Assembly (NCBI GenBank): GCA_040902005.1
Contig: JBBDYA010000029.1
Location: 1-39,888, forward strand
DNA from: Gemmatimonadaceae bacterium
GTDB taxonomy: Bacteria; Gemmatimonadota; Gemmatimonadetes; Gemmatimonadales; Gemmatimonadaceae
Reading direction: 5' to 3'
DNA: 39,888 nucleotides
Shown here: positions 1 through 7,283 of the stretch, piece after piece
How the letters are laid out: every line of letters starts with the position of its first letter
How positions within the stretch are numbered: position 1 is the stretch's first letter
Translations under genes and position numbers: made by a program
The notes under the pieces: model-generated
What the model saw: only the letters and a program-made list of their open reading frames with translations
What the model was told of the DNA's origin: nothing
Databases searched by the model: none

Positions 1-4
1 TAAG

Positions 5-55
5 GTGTTACCGATGTCTTTAGACTAAAGTGTTACCGATGTCCTTGTTCGTTCA
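5..55. mobile_element. Terminal end of an insertion sequence, probably IS481 family (element continues beyond the window edge)
   Basis: Exact 14-bp direct repeat GTGTTACCGATGTC at 5-18 and 30-43 (25-bp period), ending ...GTTCA at ~55. This double TGTTACC-ATGT motif resembles IS481-type ends as I recall them. No transposase in the window. Confidence 0.6.
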
Positions 56-216
56 GAACGACGAGAGTTGGGCGAGAGATTACGAAGCGAGATCTTCTTC
101 TTGCGCGCACTCCCGGTGGCGCGATGTCGTTTCCATCAGATGGGGCACCCTGAAGTGCCGCGGTATTTATGACCCCTGGAGCAGGTCTTCCAGCCACCAG
201 CGTTTGCTTTGGGCAT
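25..216 (-). pseudogene. Small Cys/His-rich ORF with in-frame TGA (pseudogene or possible selenoprotein), running into the IS end
   Basis: Hand translation: ATG at 216, MPKANAGGWKTCSRGHKYRGTSGCPI-TGA(138-136)-WKRHRATGSARKKK..., next stop TAG at 27-25 inside the IS end. Not in the supplied ORF track. Confidence 0.35.
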
Positions 217-547
217 CGAATGTCAGAACGGCGGGCCTTTGTCGTCTAGCTAACGCGAGTTAGAACGTCAAGAATACAAGGGTTTACTGCAAGCACGCGC
301 CAATAATCCGCGCGCCAACGCAATTATACGGCGCGCGGATCTGCATTGACACCACCCACCGGAGAATGTCCCGCAGTGCCTCGCAGTCCGGGGGGCGCCT
401 CAGGTGCACCAGCGAGATGCTGTCATGCGTCCGTCCGGCACGTATGGGCCTCCATGATCGCGAGGCCCGATCGGGACGGGCATTGTCGCCGACACTGGGT
501 GCGGGCACCGTACCCGGATAGGCGTCGCTCCATTAGCCTCCGTTGGA

Positions 548-3484
548 GTGCGCCACCATCCTTCCTCCTCTCAGCTCTCCGCCATCGAGGCCGAGCGTCA
601 GCCCCTCCTCGTCGTCGCCGGACCGGGAGCGGGGAAGACCTTCTGCCTCATCGAGCGCATCCGCTACGTGATCGAGCACCACCACGTAGCCCCGGACCGC
701 ATCGTGGCCTTCACCTTCACCAACAAGGCCGCCGAGGAGATCGCGGCCCGCCTCGACCAGCTCGGCCCCGCCGCCCGACAGGTGAAGCGCACCACCATCC
801 ACAAGTTCTGCGTGGACGTCCTTCGCCAGCACGGACCCGCCATCAACGTGGATCCCGGTTTCGGCATCGCCGACGAGGACTATCAGTTCTCGCTGCTGCG
901 CCAGCTGGGCTCCAGCGACAAGAACCATCGCTCACTCATCCAGGCGTTCGCGCGACACCGCCTGCGCGGCGACACGCTGGGCCTCTCCGAGTCGCGCCGC
1001 TTCGAGCGCTACGAAAACGAACTCCGCACGCGCCGCATGCTGGACTTCGACCAGCTGTTGCTCAAGACGGCAGACGCGCTCGCCCACGCGGATGCCGCCG
1101 AGGTGATCCGTGGCCGCTTCGACGTGATCCTCGTGGACGAGTTCCAGGACCTGAACCCGGTGCAGTACTCCATCATCCGCACCCTGGCCGAGCGCACCCG
1201 CAACGTGTTCGCCGTGGGCGACTACGACCAGTCCATCTACGGCTGGGCGGGCGCGGAGCCAAAGCTGTTCGAGCAGTACATCAACGACTTCGGGATCGTC
1301 AAACCGGTGTTCCTTCTCGAGAACCACCGCACCGCGCGCGACATCTTCCAGCTCGCGCGGCGATTCATCGAGGTGAACCCCGCGCTCCCGGGATTCGGCG
1401 GACGCCCGGAGATCGCCACCACTCGCGACAGCGAGCACCCGGTGGAGTCGTTCGCCTTCGAGAACGCGGAAGACGAAGCGGCCTGGCTCATCGACGACCT
1501 GCGCCGCCACCGCGAACGGCACGGACTGGCCTGGGGTGACTTTGGCGTTCTCTATCGCACCCACGAGATCGGTAACCTGCTGGAGCCCGCCCTGCTCACC
1601 GCGGGGATCCCGTGCCGCCTTGCCCACGGACGCGCGGTGGGTGAGGACCCGATCATCGCCTACGTCGTGGCATGCCTCGGCGTCATGACCCACCCGGGAG
1701 ACGTTGCGTACCAGGAGCGCTTTCTCCAGATGGTGCTGCCGCGCACGCTCACCGACTGGGCACGCACCGAGGCCGAGCGACGCGGGCAGTCGCTGCTCGC
1801 GCCACTGCGCCGGCAGCTGGATTCCAGGGGCGCCAACTGGGAGGAGATCCGGCGGGCGGTCACCACACTCAAGAACCTCGGCGCATTCCTGCGCCGGCAC
1901 GATGCGCTGATGCCGCTGTTCGACGAGCTGCTGTCGCGCAGGGTGGGGAAATACCGCAATGCGCTGGCGGAGCGACATCTGGAGCTGGACGACCCCGAGC
2001 TGAACGCTGAGGCGAGCGCTCTGGCGTTTCGTCTTGACTCGTTGCTGCGGAATCAGCGACCGCTTGTGCTGCCCAGGCTTGGAGGGGCGGAGATACCGGT
2101 CAAGGCGATGCTGCATGAGATTGGAGTCCGTGAAGTAGTGATTGACGGCGGACTTGACGGCGGACGTAAAGGCGGACGTAAAGGCGGACGTAAAGGCGGA
2201 CTTGACGGCGGACGTGACGGCGGGGTTGGGGGGGAGAGACTCGAGGGGCAGAATCTGCCCTTGCTCGTGTTCAAGGCAGGGCAGATACTCACGGCCCGCA
2301 AGTTCGCCGGCACGTTCCGCGACTACACCACCATCGACATCGAATCCACGGGGCTTGGCAAGACGTGCGAGATCGTGGAGATCGCCGCGGTTCGTGTGCG
2401 CGACGGACGCATCGTCGCGGAGTACCACTCCCTGGTGAAGCCGCGCATCCCGATCGAGCCGGGCGCCACGCTGGTGCACGGCATCGACGAAGCGAAATGC
2501 GCCAGCGCCCCCTTCTTCGAGCAGGTGTGGCCCGCGTTCCGCGACTTCTGCGGCGACGACGTGCTGGTGGCTCACAACGGCGAGGACTTCGACTTCCCGG
2601 TCATCCGTCGCATGGCCAGCGGGCTGCCCGGCGCAAACACGATGGCCACCTATGACAGCATGCCGTTGGCGCACGAGATCACGCCCACCAGCAGGAAGCT
2701 CGAGAATCTCGCCCGCGACTTCGGTATTGATCCCGGCCGCTCGCACGGCGCGCTGGACGACTCGCGCACGCTCGCGCTGGTCTTCGCGCGGCTCAACCGC
2801 GAGAAGGTCACCCGCTCGCGCAAATCCTGCCTCCTCCAGTTGCTGGACCACCTGGGCGTGGCGCTCGCGCTGTCACAGCCGCTCCCGGAACCGGGCGACT
2901 CGCGCGTGTTGCTGAACATCGCACATCCGTTCGCGCTGGGCGCGTTCAGCGGGGCGCTGGAGTACTACCGTGGCCACCGCGACGCGGCCGCTGCCGCCGG
3001 CGATTCGTCGCTCCCCACCGTGGACGACGTCATCATCCGGCTGGGCGGTCACGAACTCATGGAGCGTATCCGCCGTTCCAGGACCGCCGAGGAGCGTTAC
3101 CCGTCGTCCATGCAGCGTCTGCGGCTGCTGACGGCGGGCACGCAGGAGCTGCCGGTCACCGGCCAGATCGACGCGTTCCTGGAGCGCGTGGCATTGTCAG
3201 GGCGCGAGGCGGGGGACGAAGACGCCGGCCGTGTCAACCTGCTGACGCTGCACGCCACCAAGGGGCTGGAGTTCTCGCACGTATATATAGTAGGGGCCGA
3301 GGACGAGCAGTTCGCGCGGGAGCGCGACACGCGCGAGCAGCTGGAGGAGAACCGGCGCACGTTCTACGTGGGGATGACGCGCGCGAAGGACCGGCTGGTG
3401 TTCACGCGCTGCGTCACGCGCAACGGCAAGTTGACGGGTGGCACGCGCTTCCTGGACGAGCTCGGGCTGTCGCCGCGCGCGTAG
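548..3484 (+). CDS. UvrD/PcrA-family SF1 helicase with inserted DnaQ-like DEDDh 3'-5' exonuclease domain
   Basis: Helicase motifs GPGAGKT, ILVDEFQD, VGDYDQSIYGW, ENHRT, VLYRT, LTLHATKGLEF, EENRRTFYVGMTRAK. Exonuclease motifs IDIESTG, VAHNGEDFD, HGALDD at ~2320-2800. Confidence 0.93.
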   Translation: MRHHPSSSQLSAIEAERQPLLVVAGPGAGKTFCLIERIRYVIEHHHVAPDRIVAFTFTNKAAEEIAARLDQLGPAARQVKRTTIHKFCVDVLRQHGPAINVDPGFGIADEDYQFSLLRQLGSSDKNHRSLIQAFARHRLRGDTLGLSESRRFERYENELRTRRMLDFDQLLLKTADALAHADAAEVIRGRFDVILVDEFQDLNPVQYSIIRTLAERTRNVFAVGDYDQSIYGWAGAEPKLFEQYINDFGIVKPVFLLENHRTARDIFQLARRFIEVNPALPGFGGRPEIATTRDSEHPVESFAFENAEDEAAWLIDDLRRHRERHGLAWGDFGVLYRTHEIGNLLEPALLTAGIPCRLAHGRAVGEDPIIAYVVACLGVMTHPGDVAYQERFLQMVLPRTLTDWARTEAERRGQSLLAPLRRQLDSRGANWEEIRRAVTTLKNLGAFLRRHDALMPLFDELLSRRVGKYRNALAERHLELDDPELNAEASALAFRLDSLLRNQRPLVLPRLGGAEIPVKAMLHEIGVREVVIDGGLDGGRKGGRKGGRKGGLDGGRDGGVGGERLEGQNLPLLVFKAGQILTARKFAGTFRDYTTIDIESTGLGKTCEIVEIAAVRVRDGRIVAEYHSLVKPRIPIEPGATLVHGIDEAKCASAPFFEQVWPAFRDFCGDDVLVAHNGEDFDFPVIRRMASGLPGANTMATYDSMPLAHEITPTSRKLENLARDFGIDPGRSHGALDDSRTLALVFARLNREKVTRSRKSCLLQLLDHLGVALALSQPLPEPGDSRVLLNIAHPFALGAFSGALEYYRGHRDAAAAAGDSSLPTVDDVIIRLGGHELMERIRRSRTAEERYPSSMQRLRLLTAGTQELPVTGQIDAFLERVALSGREAGDEDAGRVNLLTLHATKGLEFSHVYIVGAEDEQFARERDTREQLEENRRTFYVGMTRAKDRLVFTRCVTRNGKLTGGTRFLDELGLSPRA
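2147..2218 (+). repeat. In-frame 12-bp tandem repeat x6 (GGCGGACGTAAA / GGCGGACTTGAC)
   Basis: Encodes GGLD-GGRK-GGRK-GGRK-GGLD-GGRD shortly before the exonuclease domain. Confidence 0.95.
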
Positions 3485-3489
3485 TGCGG

Positions 3490-3545
3490 TTGATCCTTCG
3501 GGGTCGAGGCGCGGGGTGTGGGACTCCCTCGCGCGCCCCGCGCCT
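3490..3545. terminator. Two hairpins between convergent genes, probable terminator
   Basis: TTGATCC-TTCG-GGGTCGA (UUCG loop), then stem AGGCGCGGGG...CCCCGCGCCT (3507-3545). No clear U tract. Confidence 0.45.
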
Positions 3546-4101
3546 AGACCAACGGGGTGAACAACTCGTTCAGTGCGCAGCTGAACCCGGGCAGCACGTC
3601 CTCGCCCTCGAGCGCTCCCTCCTCGCGCACGATACTGATCGTGCCGTCTGCGCGGTGCACGTGCGCGAGCGCGCGATCCGGATCGATCACCCAGACGACG
3701 CGCGTGCCGGCCCGGAGCCAGTCGGCGACTTTCGCGAGCACTTCGCCGGGCCGGTCACCAGGGGAGAGGATCTCCACGGCCAGGTCAGGCGCAAAGGGCA
3801 CATACCCTTTCCGGCCGACCGCCTGCGTTCGTTCAGCCCGCACGAAGGCCAGGTCTGGTGCGCGAACGGTATCCGGCTCTCGTTCGATCAGGAAGCCGGT
3901 GTCCTGCCCGAACAGCATGCCCGCGTTCCGCGGAGAGACGTGCCGATCCATCAGCGAACCAAGCCTGAGCGACAGGTAACCGTGCCAGCCACCGGGAGGC
4001 TCGCGCACCACGAGCACGCCACGAACAAGCTCCGTTGCCTTGTTCGGGATGTCGTTGCGGAGCAGCTCCTCCGCGGTCATCAGGCGCGCCTGCGATCCCA
4101 T
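3544..4101 (-). CDS. Uma2 family (DUF820) PD-(D/E)xK endonuclease, copy 1
   Basis: MTAEELL, ELVRGVLV, RAPDLAFV, APDLAVEILSPGD, AGTRVVWVIDP, EDVLPGF. Start placed at ATG 4101 by alignment with copy 2 and promoter position. Confidence 0.9.
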   Translation of the reverse strand: MGSQARLMTAEELLRNDIPNKATELVRGVLVVREPPGGWHGYLSLRLGSLMDRHVSPRNAGMLFGQDTGFLIEREPDTVRAPDLAFVRAERTQAVGRKGYVPFAPDLAVEILSPGDRPGEVLAKVADWLRAGTRVVWVIDPDRALAHVHRADGTISIVREEGALEGEDVLPGFSCALNELFTPLV

Positions 4102-4106
4102 GTACG

Positions 4107-4140
4107 CAATCTGCTCGGCCATGGCCGAGAATATCAACTC
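4107..4140 (-). promoter_or_regulatory. Putative promoter with palindromic spacer upstream of Uma2 copy 1
   Basis: Minus strand TTGATA-N18-CAGATT-N6-ATG. The spacer holds the perfect 16-bp palindrome CTCGGCCATGGCCGAG. Related copies at 5489-5522 and ~6346-6378. Confidence 0.5.
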
Positions 4141-4223
4141 GGAGGCCGGGGCGTGCACAACGGGCCGGCTGACGCCGCGACGAAGGTGAGCCGGGGCGGG
4201 CACTCGACCTTCATGAAGCCGGG

Positions 4224-4640
4224 CTACTTCAGCGTACGAACTGTGAGCTCGCGAACGCGCCTGAAATGACGAGGATCGCCCGTGAGGACGTCGTCACCCC
4301 TCGCCAGCGCCGAGCACGCGATGAGCATGTCCGAGGTCGGAATGCGGGCGCCTCTTGCAGCGAGCCGAGCGTCCCGCTCGGCGAACAAGCGGGCGGTTGT
4401 GAGCGTGATAGGAACGACGGGAAGCGCGACAAGGAGGGCCTCCACGAACTCTTCGCGCCGCGCTCGGCGCACCGGGCCCTCGGCACGCCAAACGCCGTGG
4501 AGCAATTCCGCGGCACTCATCACGGAGAGCGCCAATTCGATATCGCCCCAGCGCGTCATGACTTCCTCGATGAACTCGGCGGCCGTGAGGCGCTGACGCT
4601 CGGCGTGAATGAACGCCGTGGAGTCGATCAGGAGTCCCAC
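4224..4640 (-). CDS. vapC: PIN-domain toxin, VapC family
   Basis: LLIDSTAFI, SAAELLHG, DMLIACSAL, VLTGDPRHF. GTG start at 4640 overlaps the antitoxin 3' end. Confidence 0.88.
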   Translation of the reverse strand: MGLLIDSTAFIHAERQRLTAAEFIEEVMTRWGDIELALSVMSAAELLHGVWRAEGPVRRARREEFVEALLVALPVVPITLTTARLFAERDARLAARGARIPTSDMLIACSALARGDDVLTGDPRHFRRVRELTVRTLK

Positions 4641-4924
4641 GACGGGCGCTGATCGGGTGGCTCGCCCCTGAGCAGGGTGCGGAGGTCCCGTCCGAAAGCA
4701 TCGTCGAGATGAACCGCGTCGCGGCCTCGGAGCAGGGCAAGACACTCCGACGCCCGCCGGGCCACGTTATACGGCGGGCCGAGGAGTGCGACATCTGCAC
4801 CATGACGGCGAACCAGGAAGGCCCGACCGGCTTCCACTTCATCAAGGAGGCTCGAGAAGGAGCGGCTGGCTTCCGTTGCGGAGACTCGGCGCTCGCGCCG
4901 GGTACGATCAGATTTCTTTGGCAT
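4628..4924 (-). CDS. Phd/YefM-family antitoxin
   Basis: VSATEASRSFSSLLDEVEAGRAFLVRRHGADVA matches the Phd/YefM pattern. Directly upstream of and overlapping the PIN toxin. Confidence 0.85.
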   Translation of the reverse strand: MPKKSDRTRRERRVSATEASRSFSSLLDEVEAGRAFLVRRHGADVALLGPPYNVARRASECLALLRGRDAVHLDDAFGRDLRTLLRGEPPDQRPSWDS

Positions 4925-4960
4925 TTATCTGATTCTACCATGGTGTGGGAGCCAGGTCAA
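4907..4960 (-). promoter_or_regulatory. Sigma70 promoter (leaderless) and candidate operator of the TA operon
   Basis: TTGACC(4960-4955)-N17-TAGAAT(4937-4932) with extended TG. ATG 7 nt after the -10. Inverted repeat ATCAGAT-N13-ATCTGAT (4907-4933) spans the start. Confidence 0.7.
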
Positions 4961-4992
4961 ATGCGGACGCGGAAACTCTCCGAGGGCCGCCA

Positions 4993-5373
4993 TCAGGCCG
5001 ATGCTGCCGCGATGGGCCCTGCGTCCACGAGCTTCTTCTCACGTGGGTCGACCCGCAGGTTCATCCCCTCGAGCGACCGGGAGCCGAGCAACACCATGTC
5101 ACCCTTGTCGCCAAAGACCACTTCATCGATCGTCTCGACGCCAAGTGCGCGAACAAGGGCGTAACCGATGTCGCGCTGCGCTACCCGTCCGTCTGCCGTC
5201 CGCAGTCGCAGTCTCTTCTCGATCCGGATACCGAGCGACTCGAGAACTGCGCGCGGCACCATCGTCAGCTCCGCTCCGGTGTCGACCAGGGCTTCGGGAA
5301 CGGACCGACGATCGCCGCGCCGCAGTGGGTTCTCGATCTCGATGGTGACCCTGAATACTCCCATGTCCGACAT
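4993..5373 (-). CDS. Clan AA (retropepsin-like) aspartyl protease
   Basis: ALVDTGA catalytic motif, LLGSRSLEGM, RVDP. RBS AAGGAG upstream. Confidence 0.85.
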   Translation of the reverse strand: MSDMGVFRVTIEIENPLRRGDRRSVPEALVDTGAELTMVPRAVLESLGIRIEKRLRLRTADGRVAQRDIGYALVRALGVETIDEVVFGDKGDMVLLGSRSLEGMNLRVDPREKKLVDAGPIAAASA

Positions 5374-5607
5374 GATGCACTCCTTTTGCGACTGCGCGTC
5401 ACCCTTTCACTGCAGGCGCGACGAATCCGTTGCAGGGTGACCGACGCGCCCAGGCGTGAGCAGCGCGCTCAGCCAGCAGGTGAAGTTCCAATCTGCTCCG
5501 CCACGGCCGAGAATATCAACTCTGCCGCCGTGGTGGGCACGCGCAGTAACCTCCCTGATGGCCGTCATCGGCGGTGTCGGCCAACACCTGGCGAACACCC
5601 TCGCCTA

Positions 5608-5716
5608 CGAGAGATCTCAATAGGCATGTAAGGCTCGTGTCAGTTGTCCAAGTATTGGTACTATGCTCGCGCCGGCCGGAACACCTCGCCCCGGCCCCGT
5701 GTTGTTCAAAGCTTCC
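5608..5716. repeat. Partial copy (loop plus right arm) of the MITE-like element at 8321-8503
   Basis: CGAGAGATCTCA...TGTAAGGCTCGTGTC...GTCCAAGTATTGGTACTA...CCGGAACACCTCGCCCCG...TTCAAAGCTTCC aligns with 8393-8503. Confidence 0.85.
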
Positions 5717-5793
5717 CTGGAGCCCGTGAGCGGCGCCTGATGCAGGGGTAAGTGAGGCGCGAGCCGGGCGCATCGGGATAAGCGCGGCCCGCG

Positions 5794-6339
5794 CTAAGCC
5801 AGGATGTCGCCCAGCAGGCAGCGGAAGCCGGGCAGCACGTCCTCGCCGTCGAGCGTTCCGTCGGCGGGGACAATGTCGATCGTGCCCTCGGCGCGATGAA
5901 CGCGCGCGACGCCGCGACCGGGATCGAGCACCCACACGAGCCGGGTGCCCGCGCGCAGCCAGTCAGCGACTTTCTCGAGCACTGCGCTCGGGCGATCACC
6001 CGGCGAGACAATCTCGACCGCAAGATCCGGCGCGAACGGTACATACCCGCGCCGGGCGATCCCTGTCGTCCTTTCAGTTGGCACGAATGCCAGGTCTGGT
6101 GCGCGCACGGTGTCGGGATTGCGCTCGATCAGGAATCCCGTGTCCTGTCCGAAGAGCATTCCTGATCGCCGGGAATACACGTGCTGACCGAACAGGAACG
6201 CGAGTCGGGCGGAGAGATGCCCATGCCAGCCACCGGGAGGCTCGCGCACGACGAGCACGCCGCGCACCAGTTCCGTGGACTTGTTCGGAACGTCGTTGAG
6301 GAGTGACTCCTCCGCGGTCATCAGCGCTTGCGATCCCAT
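5794..6339 (-). CDS. Uma2 family (DUF820) endonuclease, copy 2
   Basis: Close paralog of 3544-4101 (shared ELVRGVLVVREPPGGWHG, GMLFGQDTGFLIER, APDLAVEI). Start at ATG 6339, alternative 6360. Confidence 0.9.
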   Translation of the reverse strand: MGSQALMTAEESLLNDVPNKSTELVRGVLVVREPPGGWHGHLSARLAFLFGQHVYSRRSGMLFGQDTGFLIERNPDTVRAPDLAFVPTERTTGIARRGYVPFAPDLAVEIVSPGDRPSAVLEKVADWLRAGTRLVWVLDPGRGVARVHRAEGTIDIVPADGTLDGEDVLPGFRCLLGDILA

Positions 6340-6412
6340 ACACCCAATCTTCACAGCCATGCCTGAAATTTCAACTCGGCGGCGGGATCCAGCACAACCG
6401 AGTTCGTTCCGA

Positions 6413-7138
6413 TCAGTCCTTGGCGTCGCCTGCGAGAACTCTGACGAACGCGTCCACCGCCAGCGGTCCCGAGCCAGACGACTCCGGCACGTGATCGTGC
6501 TTGAAGAAGACGTACGCCTCCTTGCAGTCGAGCGCTCTCACCTGGGCCGCCCACTGCGCCAGCGCGTCAGCGCTGTAGTCCAGCCGGTGCAGCCGCAGGT
6601 ACGCCCACGCGGCCGTGCACCGCACCGGTGAGCTGAAGTCGTCCTGGTCGATGGACACGAACGCGACCCGGTGTTCGCGCAGCGCGTCCAGCGTCTCGTC
6701 GTCGAACCAGCTGGGATGCCGAAATTCCATCGCGTAGCGGCGCCCCTCCGGCAGCTTCTCCAGAAAGGCGCGCAGCCGGCCCGCGTCCTTCTTCATGTTG
6801 GGGGGCAACTGGAACAGGATGGGCCCCAGCCGCTCGGCGAGCGCCGCCGTGGTCCGCACCAGGTACTCCACGTGCTCAGTGGCTTCCGGCTTCAGCCGCG
6901 CGAAGTGCGTGATGCGCTGGCTGGCCTTGATGGCGAAGGTGAACTCCTCCGGCACCTTCGACGCCCAGTCGAGCAGCACGGACTCCTTGGGCATTCTATA
7001 GAAGGTGTTGTTGATCTCCACGGTGGGGAACCGGCTGGCGTAGTAGGCCAGCATCCCCGCGTCCTTCAGGTCGGCGGGATAGAACGGTCCCTTCCACTCC
7101 TTGAAGGCGAATCCGCTGGTGCCGGCGAGGATCTTCAT
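6413..7138 (-). CDS. DUF72 domain protein (YecE-like)
   Basis: GTSGF..W.GPFYP, TVEINNTFY, KASQRITH, LGPILFQLPP, EFRHPSW, YLRLH. Start MKILAG at 7138. Confidence 0.92.
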   Translation of the reverse strand: MKILAGTSGFAFKEWKGPFYPADLKDAGMLAYYASRFPTVEINNTFYRMPKESVLLDWASKVPEEFTFAIKASQRITHFARLKPEATEHVEYLVRTTAALAERLGPILFQLPPNMKKDAGRLRAFLEKLPEGRRYAMEFRHPSWFDDETLDALREHRVAFVSIDQDDFSSPVRCTAAWAYLRLHRLDYSADALAQWAAQVRALDCKEAYVFFKHDHVPESSGSGPLAVDAFVRVLAGDAKD

Positions 7139-7155
7139 TGGGGGGACAACTATAA

Positions 7156-7280
7156 CACGCGGATCAGCGCAGATCACGCGGATTGCGCGGATTCACAAGA
7201 AAGAGGCCGGAGCGTTGAAGCCCCGGCCTCCCCTATCCGCGTAATCCGCGCCATCCGCGCTAATCCGCGTGACTCCGCGT
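7156..7280. repeat. Palindromic element built from ACGCGGAT-type 9-10 bp units
   Basis: Four units at 7156-7193, inner hairpin GAGGCCGG...CCGGCCTC (7203-7230), and four to five inverted units at 7235-7280. Confidence 0.85.
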
Positions 7281-7283
7281 ATT

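Noticed and set aside
30..263. 77-aa plus-strand ORF
   Set aside because: Starts inside the IS terminal repeat and has no RBS or motif.
932..2851. 639-aa minus ORF and 346-1539 plus ORF
   Set aside because: Antisense and alternate frames of the helicase, without recognisable motifs.
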